Assembly (NCBI GenBank): GCA_963575745.1
Contig: CAUYUJ010000070.1
Span: 372,001 to 436,000, forward strand
Direction of reading: 5' to 3'
From: Prorocentrum cordatum
Taxonomy: Eukaryota
Length of the DNA: 64,000 bases
Below, piece after piece: positions 35,703 to 50,104 of this stretch. The notes beneath the pieces are model-generated. The model was not told the DNA's origin. It saw only the letters and a program-made list of their open reading frames with translations, and did no database searches. Both the position numbers and the translations under genes were made by a program. The first letter of the stretch is position 1; each line of letters opens with the position of its first letter.

Positions 35703-38700
35703 ATGACACTGGCGAGGGGGAGGCCAAGGAGGTCTTGGAGGTGGTGCTGGCCTGCTCGAGGTCGGCATCGTTTCGCCGACCCCCATCCCCGCCACGATCC
35801 CCGTGCAAAACCCGACCGCCCCAGCACCCCAGTTGGGGACATACCCCTCGAGTCCCGAGGGGAACCTCCTGCATCCCCCTCTATAGTCGGGCCGAACGAA
35901 AGGGGGGGATAAAGGAAAGGGGGGGTTACGAAATCTGCTGCATGCAGCTGGTTTCGGCCCCGCCGCCGGGCCCATTCCGCGACACATGGGGCCCTCCTGG
36001 CGCCGGGAAAATCAGCGACGTGAGCTGGTTCTTTGCCTACCCTCTGCTATCCCCCCTTTCGTTTCCCCCGATATACAGGGGGGCAGATCGGCCAGTGGGG
36101 CCCCGGCCACGCCCGTGGGGAACGAGGCTCACGAGGGGCCAGTGGGGCCAGCGAAACGTGGGGCCAAAGTCGTGATTTTTTTCAATGCGGGGTCCCCAGA
36201 AATCTGGACCCCTTCCTCGGGACCAGGCCCCGAGGGCCGGTGAAGGGCCACCAGAGGCCGAGAATTGTCGTGACTTTTGTCCGCCCGTTGGCTCTCTGGG
36301 GAGGGGGCCCGGTGGGGCTCACGAGGGGCCTCTGTTTACCAGCCTGGAACATATCCCTATCCCTGTGCTGGGCACCTCCGATGCCACGATGCCAGTCTTG
36401 GGGATTCCCTTCTTTTTTGTGAGGGCGCATCCCTGAGACTGCCATCGCCTTGTGGCGTGCCAATCTTAGGGATAGGGATGCGTTCGAAGCTGGTGATGTG
36501 TGGGGCAGCTCCTCCTCCTCCTCCTCCTCCTCCTGCTCCTCCTCCTCCTCCTCCTCCTCCTCCTCCTCCTCCCCCTTCCGCTCGGCCCGCGGGGCCGGCG
36601 GAACGGGGCTCTCGCGAGGGGCCGCCGTGTCCGTGGTGCGGAGCCCCGCGCCGGCGGCGCCCCCGCCGGAGGCGCCGCGGGCCGCGCCGCGGGCCGGCGC
36701 GGGCGCCCTGGTGCCCTCGCCGGGGCGGGCCCTGCTGCCCCTGCCGGGCACCGAGGATCGGGCCGGGCGAAAGGGGGGGATTGGGAAAGGGGGGGTTACG
36801 AAATTTGCTGCATGCAGCTGGTTTCGGCCTCACCGAGGGGCCCATTCCTCGATACATAGCCGCCTCCGGCGCCGGGAAAATCAGCTACGTGAGCTGATTC
36901 TCAAACCCCCCCTTTGCTATCCCCCCCTTTCGCCCGACCCGAGAGGACCTCGAGGCGGTCAAGAGGCAGAGGCCGGGAGCGATCGGAAGTCGGAGGAGGA
37001 GGAGGAGGAGGAGGAGGAGGAGAGGAGGAGGTACTCAGACCGCCACCCTTCCCCCGTTGCCCCTCGTTGGGGCTCCTGGGGGGCCCTCGTCGCCGCCGCC
37101 GGATTCGCCTCGGAGTGCTGGTCAGGAGAGGTCCGGGGAGTCGCGGTATCGGTACCTGTTTGTTTCCCCAGGGATCGATGCGGAAGGATGGGACTTTTGG
37201 AGCAGGGCTCGCTGTCGGCGTCGCCGCGGACGGCGTCCACTTGAGACTAGGAGTCGCCTGCACAGCAGTGGTCGCCGTCGGTCTGGACAACAGCCGCTGT
37301 CCGACATCGTACCCGCTCTTTCCGTTCTCATTTCGGGCGTCCAGCGAGGCGGCGCCTCAAGCGGCTCCTTCTCCGCTCGGAGGCGCAGCGGCAGCTCGTC
37401 TGCGACGACCCCCGCGAGGAGCCGCTCTTCGGCGCGAGCGAGCTCACGAAGGCGGTGAAAATTGTGGGTGAGCTGGGCGGCAGCAGCTCGGCGTTCGACT
37501 CCAGGGCGTGGTCGCTGCTCGTCCAGGAGTCCTACAGGCTCGCCTCGGCGGGGCAGCTGGACGATGTCGCCGTGTACGTGTCCGCAGTCAACCTCGCCAA
37601 GCTCCGGCAGGTGGCCCTCGGCCCGGGCCGGCACCGTGCCACGATGCCCATGCTCCAGCTGGTCGTTGCGTCCACCCTGTCCCGGGCAAGGGAGATGCCC
37701 TTCCGACACCTCGCCGGCATTGCAGGCGCGGTGGCCCGCATGGCGCCGCAGGTGGCGGCCGACCGCGCGCTCGGCGACGGCATCTCTGATCTTGCGAAGC
37801 TTGCCGCGGAGTCCCTGCCGCAGCGGCGCGCCGCTGGGGAGTCGATCGGAGGTCGCGACATTCGGAGGGGACGAGGGGCGCGAACAGCCCAGGAGCGGGC
37901 ACTACGTGTATTCGCCCGGGGGCCTCGCCGAAGGCAGGGACCACCGGCGACTCTGGATACATGTATTGCTCTCCCTTGGGCTATTCGCCCCCATCGTCGC
38001 CCCTGAGACATCGGCTTTTTGTGCGATGCAGTGCTCTTTCTCGGTCTTCACAGCGAGGCTTTCGTCCGAAGCATCGGGGCGCTGCTGCGCACCGACTGGG
38101 ACATGGTGTGGACGCCGCTCGCCCTCACGAGCGCCTCCAAGTGCTTGGGCCACTTCGGCTGCCGGGACGCGCGCGCCTGGCGGGCGCTCGCCCACAGAGT
38201 CGTCACCGATCTCCCCGCCTTCCAGCTCGGCAACCTCAGCGAGGTGGGAGCAGCCTTCGCCGGCGCGGACGTGAGGAGCGACCGCTTGAACCGTGCCCTG
38301 CTGCTCGAGTTCGCGCAGGCTGCCGAGAACCTCAGCGCCGGGGACCTGGCCAGGGTGTGCGCGATGTGCATGCAGCGCCCAGCCTGGTTCGATCAGGGGC
38401 AGAAGCGGGCGCTCGCGGCGGCCGTCGCGCGCTGCATCCCGCGGCGCGCCCTGACCTTCGGCGCAGACGAGCTGCGAGCCGTGCTCGAGGCGCTGCTCGC
38501 GTGGGCCGACGAGCCCCTCGGGCTTGGCCCCGCGCACGTGGAAGGCACCTTCTCGGCCCTGCTGGGCGTGCTGGCGAGGCACGCTGCCCTCCTGGAGTTC
38601 GCGGAGGCGTCGGCCACGCGCAGAGGGGGGTATGGGGGAGGGGGGAAGGCTGCTTCTTGGAAGGCATGGGCCGTGCCTGCAGGTGTAAGGCCCGCGCTTT

Positions 38701-40528
38701 CTGAAAAGCCTTCCCCCCTCCCCCATACCCCCCTCTGCGCGCCGCCAGAGGTGGACGGTATCCTCCAGGTCCTGCGCGGGCGACCCGCCGCGGGCGGGGC
38801 GGCCATGGAGGCTCTGGGGCGGGCCGCGGCGGCGAGCTGCACGCGGCGGCTGGGCGAGGGCGCTCTGGACGAGGGGGAGGCTCGAAGAGAAACACACTGC
38901 ATGAAAAGCGTTCGGATCCCCGCGCGGAGTTCTTGGATCTGTGCTGGGCCGCCCCTGGCGGCGCCTCCGGCGCGCTCGCGCGCGCCAGGGAGGAGGGTCC
39001 GGCGCCGATCCAAGAGATCATCGCGGACCTCCGGAAGTTGCACTCTCTGTGTAGCAGCTTGTCGCTAAAGGGTTCCCACACTGGTGGAAAAGACCTCAGA
39101 AGAGGCCCCCGGGGGGGGGGGACGGGGAGCCCCAGACCGCCCGAAACGGCGGCGGTCCAGCAGCTGTGTCGCCAGTGATTTCCTCACAGTGGATTCCGGA
39201 ATTGCACCCTCGCCTTGATGCCAGCTACATTTTTGGAGCAGACGCCCACGATCCTTTTCGAAAATGCATTACGGAGCACATGGCCGTGCGCTCGCCCTCG
39301 CCCCCCACATAGCCGACCTCCTGCTCCTCGACACGCCTCGTCACCCTTGCTGCTATCAGGATGCTCTGCTGTGGCCATTCCTTCAGAGGCGGCGGCGGTC
39401 GTGTCCGTGCTGCACCACCTGTGCCTTCTGGGCGTCGACGACGCAGGGCTCTACCGCTCCGGCCTCGCGGCCTGTGGCCGTTGGCGGCTGCTGCCGTCGC
39501 CCGTCTCGTGGATGGTGAGCACCCGCGCGTTGGCTCTCTGCGGGAACGCCGGAATCACGGACGCGCCCATATTGAGGCATTTCATTGCCACATTCACCGC
39601 GCCAGCGCTGGTCGAGCACTTTCGGGTTCATGGGCTGGTGGAAGACGTCGTGGTGGGCATCGGGCTTGCCTTAGGGGGCCTGGCCAGGGCGCGCATCCTT
39701 CTCCCGCCGCTCGATGCGAGGCGTATTGTCGCCCTGCTCGACAGCTGCCGGCACCGACTCGTGGCTGGCGGGGGCACCAATACGGGGGCGCCGGCTGCGG
39801 CGCTGGCGTTTCCGGCGCTCGACGCGCTCTGGCAGCTGGACGAGCTGAGGCCACGGGCGCGCCTGGAGGCGCTGTCCGCGTGGTTCGACGACGCCAGCCC
39901 CTTGTCCACAGGGGCGCTCGCGACGCTCTGCCTGGCGACCGCCGCCCACTCCTCTCGCGGGCCGGCGATGGAGCGCCTGCGGCGCCGCTCGGTGGGCGCC
40001 CTGCTCGCCGGGCTGGCCTCGCCCCCGGTGCAGCCAACGGCTGCCGCGAGGCCCGCGGGCCTCGAAGCGGCCGTCCTCGCGCTCCTCGCGCTGACGCTGC
40101 GCGCCCAGGGCGACGCGGAGGTGCGCGCGCTGGGCCTGCAGGCTGCCTCTGGCGTCCTCCGCTTCTGGGACGCCCACGCCCAGCAGGCCGCGGGCGCCGC
40201 AGGGACAGCAGCAGGCGCCTCGGGCGTCGGGGCGCTGGCTGGGCAGGTCGGCGACGCCCTGCACCACATCCTCATCCGGCGGAACCCCGTCCACGTGCGC
40301 CAGGCGCCCTCCTCGCTCCGCTCGTGGCACTGCGCGGGCAGCGCCGCCGCTCTGGTGCCCCGGTGCGCCGCCGGGCCCCTCCTCGTGGACTTCTGCCTGC
40401 TGGCGCCGCGGCACCCGCTGCCGTCGGCAGCCCCGGTGATCGGCGTCTTCTACCCTGGGCGGAGGGCGAGCGGCGGCGGCGGGCGGCCGCGCCGGCGCAG
40501 GCGGAGCAGCCACGCGGGCGAGGGCTGA
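35703..40528 (+). CDS. Multi-exon gene for a helical-repeat (HPR/OPR/FAST-like) putative organellar RNA-binding protein, about 861 aa. Exons 35703-35760, 36619-36755, 36946-36965, 37349-37851, 38008-38606, 38751-38879, 39389-40528
   Basis: All six junctions are phase-compatible (donors GT, GA, GC, GT, GC, GC; AG acceptors). Repeated motifs include FGASELTKAV, MPFRHLAGIAGAVA, WTPLALTSASKCL, FQLGNLSEVGAAFA, LSAGDLARVCA and FGADELRAVLEAL. GPLLVDF near the C-terminus may start a RAP-like domain. The N-terminus MTLARGRPRRSWRW is transit-peptide-like. Exons 4-7 are more secure than exons 1-3, and the extreme C-terminus is uncertain. Confidence 0.7.
35887..36071. mobile_element. MITE family A (185 bp), 5-bp TSD tatag/tatac, within predicted intron 1
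   Basis: TIR tcgggccgaacgaaaggggggata / tatcccccctttcgtttcccccga. Confidence 0.85.
36336..36496. mobile_element. MITE family B copy, 5-bp TSD tctgt/tgtgt
   Basis: Homologous to 2422-2579. Confidence 0.8.
36758..36942. mobile_element. MITE family A (185 bp), 5-bp TSD gagga, forming predicted intron 36756-36945
   Basis: gagga-tcgggccgggcgaaaggggggat ... atcccccccttt cgcccgacccga-gagga. Confidence 0.88.
37862..38006. mobile_element. Foldback MITE (~50-bp TIR), 5-bp TSD gacat, forming most of predicted intron 37852-38007
   Basis: tcggaggggacgaggggcgcgaacagcccagg...tacgtgtattc pairs with ggatacatgta...cttgggctattcgcccccatcgtcgcccctga. Confidence 0.8.
38610..38749. mobile_element. Foldback MITE with perfect ~34-bp inverted arms, forming predicted intron 38607-38750
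   Basis: The arm starting cgcgcagaggggggtatggggga (38617) pairs with the arm ending tcccccataccccccctctgcgcg (38741). Confidence 0.8.
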
Positions 40529-41371
40529 GCGGTGCGCGGCGGCGGCTGGGGGCGGGGCTTCGCGGCGGCAGCAGCGGTGCTCGGCGGCGGCCCGCCGGCA
40601 CGGCGCGTGCGCGCGCGGCTCCCAGCGCGCAGCCCATGCCGCGGGGGAGCGCGCGCGCGCGTGGGCTCCCGCCAGCAAGGAGCCGTGGCTCAGTGGTCTA
40701 CGTGCAGGTTCGTCTCCGCCCTGTTCCCAACGAGCTTCCCACGGAGACGGCGCCGGCGGAGACGAGGCATGTACTTCAGGAAGGTGGACAGGAGGCAGCG
40801 GACGCCTCAGCATGACACGAGCCGTGAGCGGACGAGGAGCAAGGGAGTGGCCCCGGCGGCCATTCAAGACCCCGCGCGGCCCCTCCTGACGCCGCGGGTG
40901 GAAGGCGGCCAGCCAAGAATCAAGAGCAGAATCCTGATCCTCGTCTCTGTGCTTCCTCTTGCCCCACCTCATCCTGATCCCGTTCTTCCCTTCATGCGGT
41001 TCTTCCTCATCCACCTCTTCCTCCTTCATCCCCCGTCCTCATATGTCGTAGCGCCATGCGCACTCGGTTGACAAATTTCCCACATGTCCACTGGATGTGT
41101 GTCGTTAGTTTTCAGAAAGCGGCTCTTGCTCCTCGCGCCGCGCACTATTTGAACAGCATCTACTTGTAGTTATTAGAAATGCGAGGCTGAGGCCGCTTCG
41201 TGTTCGAAATGCGTTTCTCGCTTCAGCGCTGTGGACATTCGTATCATCATGTTGGAAAGCGATTAAAGAAATCCCCCCCTCCCTGGGGGGGGCCTTGATT
41301 CTTTTGTTAGGGTTAGACTACTCAGATTCGGGGGTCGGTAACTTTTTCTCATCGTCCCCCCCCGCTACCCC

Positions 41372-42420
<1,049 letters not shown>

Positions 42421-44666
42421 GCAGCACGATTTGCGAGCCGCCCTTCGTCGATCGAGTCCGTTGGTCACCTGTCATGAGCGCAGCCAAGTTCCGTGGGAGC
42501 GCCTGGGAGCGCCCTGGAAGGGCCACGGCTCGCCAGGGGGGGCCTTTCACAGGTTTGGATCGCCAACCCTCCGCTCCTCGTTGTCAGCTGTCGGGATCCT
42601 CCTGTCCCTTCCAGGCGGCCCGAGAGGCCAACCCGTATTGTTGCCCCTCCATGGGCCGATCTCCCTCTCCCCCGATCGGAGGTGCACCCAGGCCGGCTAA
42701 AGTTTCTGTTGATCGTCCCGCCCCAATTTTTGGGGGGTCGATCTCTCACGTGAACCGGTGCCACGGACAGAAGGCGGCCAGCATTTCTTGAGCATGTTGT
42801 TTTCGTTGTCGCTCCGCGCGCACTCTCTGAAACAAGCTTCCACAATTGAGAGGATGCAGGCCATCTCGTTCCCGAAATGCGGTTCTGGCCTCAGCACCGT
42901 GCACATTTACCTTCAATGATTCCACCACTGGCACTGATGGAGCTGCAGGGAGGTATGGGCCACCGTCCTGATAAACCTCCAGCATTCCCTTCTGGTCCGC
43001 ATGACGAAAAGGCCGGCAGCTGAGAGATGGAGGCTGCCGAGGAGTCCCATCCTGCTGGGCGAATCCTCTCGAATTGCAGCGGTCGTGGCACGTGGCACGA
43101 CTGAGCAGCGGTTTGGTGGAGAAGGTCCCCTTGGCGTGGTCGGTCTCCCAAACGATGACGCCTCCGTGCTGGACGGGAGCCAGACCAATCAGTGGGCGAG
43201 AGAGGAGGGAGACAATTTTGATAATGAGGAAGAGGCAACAGGAGAAAGTGGAGGAGGAGAAGTAGGAGGAGGAGTGGGAGGAGTGGGAGGAGGAGGAGGA
43301 AGAGGAGGAGGAGGAGGAGGAGGAGGAGGAGGAGGAGGAGGAGCCGAGTGGGGTCGGCACCCGCGCCAGGCGTGCTCATGCCCGCCAGCCTGCAGCCGCC
43401 GTCACCACCGCTCACGCTGCAGGTCGGCGAGGACCAGCGTGCTGCACCGCGTGGTGGCCAGGGGGGAGGCTGGGCCCGCGGCGAAGAAGGCGTGACGAGA
43501 AGGAGCATCGAGGAAGTGTCGGCATGGATTCGGGCGCGTGAGTGATCGACTGGCCCCGCTCCCCGTGCAGCATCGGCGCGCTCCGTCGCCAAGCGAGGCG
43601 GCAGTGGCCTCATGCTCCGGGGTGTGCTCTCCCCGCTCCGTGGAATCGTTTGCCCCTCCTCCTCCTCCTCCTCCTCCTCCTCCTCCTCCTCCTCCTCCTC
43701 CTCCTCCTCCTCCTCCATCTCCGGGGACTTGTCACCCGCTTCAGCATGTGCCCGAGAGGGGGATGCGGGGATTGAAGGGGATGCCGGTTAGGACGAGGAT
43801 GATGCGGATGTCGGTGAGGAGGGGGAGGGGCTGAGCAATGGGGTAGGGTTCGGGGAGGAGCACGAGGAACCAGGCCGGCGTACAGCAGGCACTTCAAATC
43901 AGAAGCTTGCCTTCCAGCAGGTGCCTCGGGGAGTGCCTTCTTCCCCGATGGCACCAGGGACCCACTCGAGCTCCGGGGCACCTCAGGACAGGACCCTCAG
44001 AGGTCGACAAGTGATGTACCCGAGGATTTGTTGCAGGATTCATTGTCGGATGTGCCTACTTGAGGAGGATCGGCGGCGGGCCGAGGGGCGAATTGAGAAG
44101 GGGCGGGCCTTCTCAGGAGGCTCGGATGTCATCTGGCTTCGGAGAAGTCCCGGAATCTAGTGGCCCGGGTCAACCCAGACCCGGGTCAGTCGGGCTTTGC
44201 AGGATTTTGCAAGATTCTGCAGGATCCTGCACCCAAGCCCGGGTCAATGGTTCCCTGGCTCTGTAGGATCCTGCAAGATCCGGCGCTCTGACTTGCCCTT
44301 GTTTGCATTGATTCCCGTCTCAAGGATCCCGACTGAGAAGGCCTTCTCCTTCTTGCTTCCCCCTTCAGGGCCCCCGACAGGGGCCCTGCAGGGTCCCTAC
44401 GGGGGGCCCTTGAGGGCCCCAAAGAGGGCCTCTAGGGCCCGAAAAGGGCACCTTTCTTTTCCCCCCCCTCATCTGTCGCCCCCCATCAATTCTCAAGGGA
44501 GGGAAAACCACCACGACCCGATAATTGGCGTTTGCTACACGGCGCTGGGCGTTTACTCAACGGCCCTGCCTTGCTCGATTCCTTCTGTGGGTGTGTGCGT
44601 GTTTACGAAAGGGCTTCGCGTGTCGGGGTGATTACTATGGGGGTGGATTTGTTCTGCCCTCTCAAT

Positions 44667-44832
44667 TTAAGTTGGGCATGTCCCTCTACAGGAGGAAGAT
44701 TCAAGAATTGTCAAAGAATTCTACGGGGACGATTTGTTGATTACTCATTGAGTAGTCTTGAGCATTGCTTGGCTATTTGTCCTAAAAGTGTTCACTGCAA
44801 AAGCCGCCTGTAGGAGGCCATGCCCGACCTAA
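44667..44832. mobile_element. MITE family J copy (older)
   Basis: ttaagttgggcatgtccctctacagg ... cctgtaggaggccatgcccgacctaa. Confidence 0.78.
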
Positions 44833-45655
44833 CTCGCGTGAAGGCAGCAGCGAGTGAGCACATGCATCTATGCGAGCCTCCCTTTTGTTGAGGGGGTATG
44901 CCCGCCCAGTCTCTCCCTGCCCCCAGGGGCGGGGGGGGGGGCGGGGCGCCGTGGAGGCCCTACAGCCGCCCGTTATCGGTCAACGACCCGACTGTATTTC
45001 GGATGCATCTCCTGGGACGTCAAAATCTGATTCAGTCCTGGTCCGAACTCCAGCTCCATCCGGCCTCCTCCCGCTGAATCCCGTTTCATCCGGCTTCATC
45101 CCGTTCAATCCCGCTTCATCTGGCTTTATCCCGCTTGATCCGAGGCCCATCCTGGCGTAACAGCCCCCCAATGGGGCTTAATCCTCCTTAGTCCTTCCGA
45201 CGAAAATCTCCCAGTAGTTGCCTCCTAACTTTCTCCGATCCCCGTCTCCATCCCCATCCCCTTCGAGACCCCCACCAGATTACCACCCCACAGCACGGGC
45301 GATTCTTTGTGCCTGTGCTCGGTGTGACAAGGTCTCCTGGCGTGCACAGTCTGCCTGCTGCAGGCAGGCCTCGACTCTGCAATGCCCCTGCCTTGGTCTT
45401 TTTGGGGGGGCCGGTCCTCTCTGGCGCCTCCCCCTTTCAGCGTCGGAGGTTCTCAGACACCAGTGTTGCTGTCTAATTACCTGAGTCCAGCAGCGGTTTC
45501 GCCGTGGCCTCCGCTGGTAAACAGGAACAGCAAACGGTTGAAACGGAAAAGAACAACAACAACAACGACAACAACAACACACATAATCGCCGATCGAAAG
45601 TTCAGAAACATCCAAAATAGCGAGCATATGGGGCGAAAGCTCAGAACATATCTCT

Positions 45656-45900
45656 GGGCCTCCAAGAAAGGGTCGGAGTGGATGGGATTGGAGGATCGCG
45701 CCGCATCGCCGATGTATCGGCGATGCGGCTCGATGCGGAGCCCGACGTTCGCCATGCCGGCGGCGCCAATGCATCGCCGACATCGCCGGTGCATCGCCGA
45801 TGCATCGGCGATATAATGCATCGGCGATGTATCGCCGATGCATTGGCGAGGTGGCGCGATCCTTCGACCTCATCTACTCGCACCCCATATCGGAGGCCTC
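45656..45900. mobile_element. Foldback family N, rich in CATCGCCGATG palindromes
   Basis: Inverted arms ggaggatcgcgccgcatcgccgatg / ggtggcgcgatcctt. Second copy at about 49631-49867. Confidence 0.7.
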
Positions 45901-46050
45901 CAATGTCGAACCGTACAGGCATCCTGGGACGTTTGTCTGTTTCTTTGCGTCTCACGGGGCCCCTTCACTCCTCGCCAACCCTCCGCCCCAGGCGGTCCAC
46001 CGCGCCTTCGCCTGCAGTCGTCCTTGCGACCGCATTCCGGGGGCAGCGAT

Positions 46051-46381
46051 CAGGGGGGATGATGATCGGGGGGGGGGAAAGGCAGCCATACCTCTGCCCT
46101 TCCCTTGTTTTCGCCTTCTTGGGCCTCGGGGGAGGCCCTCGTCGCCACCGCTGGATTCGCCTCGAGATGTCGGTCAGAACGCACCCCGGGAGAGGTCTCG
46201 GGGAGTAGTGATTTCGCAAAGATCGGGGGGGCTAGGAATAGGGGGACACATCGATCCCTCATCGTCCATTCATCGCCGGAGTAGCGTCCGGAATTGCAAT
46301 CGGGAGCTTTTTGCCGATCTATTGGCTATGTATCGCCGATTCCAGGTCGATTCCCCCCCCTGTGCCAGTCCCCCCTCTGAG
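46051..46381 (+). mobile_element. Dispersed repeat family E copy
   Basis: Colinear with 3505-3872. Confidence 0.75.
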
Positions 46382-47084
46382 AATGGGAGGAGGAGGCGGG
46401 AAAAGGTGGCCACGCGAGATGAGAACGTTTGAACAATCCGAAACACATAGTGTTGTGAGTGTGTTTCGCCTCCTGGGAGAGCTCTTTGGAAGCTTCGTGG
46501 TCGCTCGGAGCCGGCTGAGAGCGGTCCGGGTTCGTATTGGAGGTAGGTTGGAAAGCATGTTGAACAACGTTCGCGCGCTAACTGGAGCGATCTTGGAGGC
46601 ATCTTCATCGTTCGTTCGCAAGCCATGTCGCACGACACATCGGCTCAGCAGGGGAAAAACATCCTCGCCGCGCAGGCATCTTCAGCTATCTTGATTTCTT
46701 TCGCATCCATCTGGAATCCCAGGCAGAGCTGACGCACCCCCAGGATCCGCCCCTGGACGCCCCTCCCTGCGTGGAAATTATGAAAGGGAAGGGATTCCCT
46801 TCGACTCGATGCACATGTGGATCGATTTTCTTTGGCTGGAACATCCTCTCCAGCTGGGGCGCGTGAGGACGAGTGTCCAAGGTAGCTGCAAGAGGAGAAC
46901 GAACGACGGTGAGTGCGAGGACGAAGACGATCCGAATTAAACACGTTTTGCTTTAAACGGCCTACGCGTCTCACACACGCCGACAGAGTCGGCGGATTTG
47001 CTCGAGTACAGCAATGGCACCGCGGCCTTTCTCTCAGTGATGTCGTCTAACGGGGACGCACGACGACTAGAGGATCGTGGTGAA

Positions 47085-48135
<1,051 letters not shown>

Positions 48136-48714
48136 GGTGGGGGTGGGGCAGAGGCAGGAGAATCAGGGAGTGATGGGAAAGGGAGGGCGAGGACGAGGCG
48201 GGGAAAGAGAGAGGAAGGAGACCAGGCAGGTGGCCTCCAAGGCGGCCGTGCTCGCACCCGCGCCCAGCCCCACCGCCGCGAAGCTGTCCAGCTCGTCGAT
48301 CCTCTGGCAGCCTCGCCGCGCGCGGCCGCAGCCGCCGCCTCGATGTTGGGTTTCGCCACGGCCGTATCCGACGGCCTCCAGCCATTGCCGCCAGCCCCCC
48401 CCCCGATTGACCTCCTCTTCCTCGCCCGATTGGCCTCCTCTTCCTCCGCCCTCGCTCAGGCCCTCGAGTCCTCATCCCTCTCTGTTCAATTATCGCCCGC
48501 CCCTCATACTGCACCACCTCCTCCCCCTCCCACCCGAAAAGCCTTCGGCCACTGCCGCCGGCCCCCGTGCCCCAGGTAGCGAGGGCTTCCCCCCTTCCCC
48601 TTGCCCTCCTCCTCCTCCTCCTGCTGCTGCTTCCTCCCTGCCGTTCCTCGTCGTCCGCCCCAGTCCAGAGCGATTCGCAGCAGTTCAGTCTCCGCGCAGG
48701 GATGCTCAAGAGGG

Positions 48715-49386
48715 CGATGACGAGGAGTCGGTGGAGGTAGACGGTGAGGCAAGTATGGGGAGGACGAGGACCAGAAGGGCGAGGGGCAGGATCGGGAGGG
48801 GGGAGGCGGACGGGGGCCGTGACGGGGACGGGGACGAGGAGAAAGACAGGGGGTATGGATGACGAGGGAGGAGAGGTTTGGAGGAGGAGGAGGAGGAGGA
48901 GGAGGAGGAGGAGGAGGAGGAGGAGGAGGAGGAGGATGGAGGCCCACCCTTGCCTCTCCCTCCCTTCCCTTTTCCCCCTGCCCTCCCTGGCCCCCCGCCC
49001 CCTCCGTCAGCCCGTGCCCCCAGCCCCCCTCGCCGGCCCCTCCAGCGCGGGGCCCCTGCGCTGGCCCCCGCGGTGCCCCCGCGATGCCCCCCGGGGGGGC
49101 ACGGCGGTTTCGGAGCGCCGGGGCGCTGGTCGGGGGAGGATCTGGGGCCAGAGTCCTCCTCCTCCTCCTCCTCCTCCTCCCTCCTCCTCCTCCTCCTCCT
49201 CCTCCTCCTCCTCCTCCTCCTCCCCCTCCTCCTCCTCCTCCCCCCCTCCTTCTCCTCCTTTCCACGTCCCCGTCTCCGTCACGGCCCCCGTCCGCCTCCC
49301 CCGTCCTCATGCTGCCCCTCGCCCTTCCAGTCCTCGTCTTCTCCATCCTTGCCTCACCGTCTATCTCCACCGACTCCTCGTCATCG
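48715..49386. repeat. Long inverted repeat with 122-bp arms (48715-48836 and 49265-49386)
   Basis: cgatgacgaggagtcggtggag.tagacggtgaggcaag...gggggccgtgacgg.gacggggacg and its reverse complement. Confidence 0.85.
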
Positions 49387-50104
49387 AATTCCCTTCCTCC
49401 CCTCCTCCTCCTCCTCCTCCTCCTCCTAATCCTCCTCCTCCTCCTCCTCCTCCTCCTCCTCCTCTTCCTCCTCCTCCTTCTCCTCCTCGTTCAGGGTGTG
49501 GAACCGATCGACCCATGATGGCCCGGGGGCCCGAAACTGGGCGAGACCGTGGTGAAACAAGTGCAGCGTCCCGATCTCAGGGCCGGAGTCGCCCGACCAA
49601 GAAAACAGGCGAGGTGCAGCAGGGAGCCAGAGGCCTCCCAGAGGGGAACGAGGCAGGTGGGGTCGGAAGGTCGCGCCGCATCGCTGATGCATCGCCGATA
49701 CGGCTCGTTGTACGGTCAGGTATCGGAGGATCGGCGCCCGCATCGCCGATGCATCGGCGATGCGGCGTTATCCCGAGCCCGATCTTCTGCATCACGGCGT
49801 CGCCAATGCATCTGTGACGTGGCGCGATCCTCCGACCCCGTTCACTCCGACCCCATCCTGGCGGCCTCCAAGGTTTGGTTGGGGGAGGCGAGGGCGGACG
49901 GGGGGAAGCGGGACATGGAAGAGGGGGGGGTGGAGGAGGAGGAGGGTGCCGAGGGCCGGAACGTGGGAAGATGGGTTGCCCCGCGAAGGAGGAGTCCCAG
50001 TCCGAGGACGACTCGTCCGACGAGGAGACCCCCAGGGGGCGGAGGGGGCCACGAAGCGCTGCCCTGGGCGCGGGAACCGCATGCGAACACCCCCACCCCC
50101 TTGC

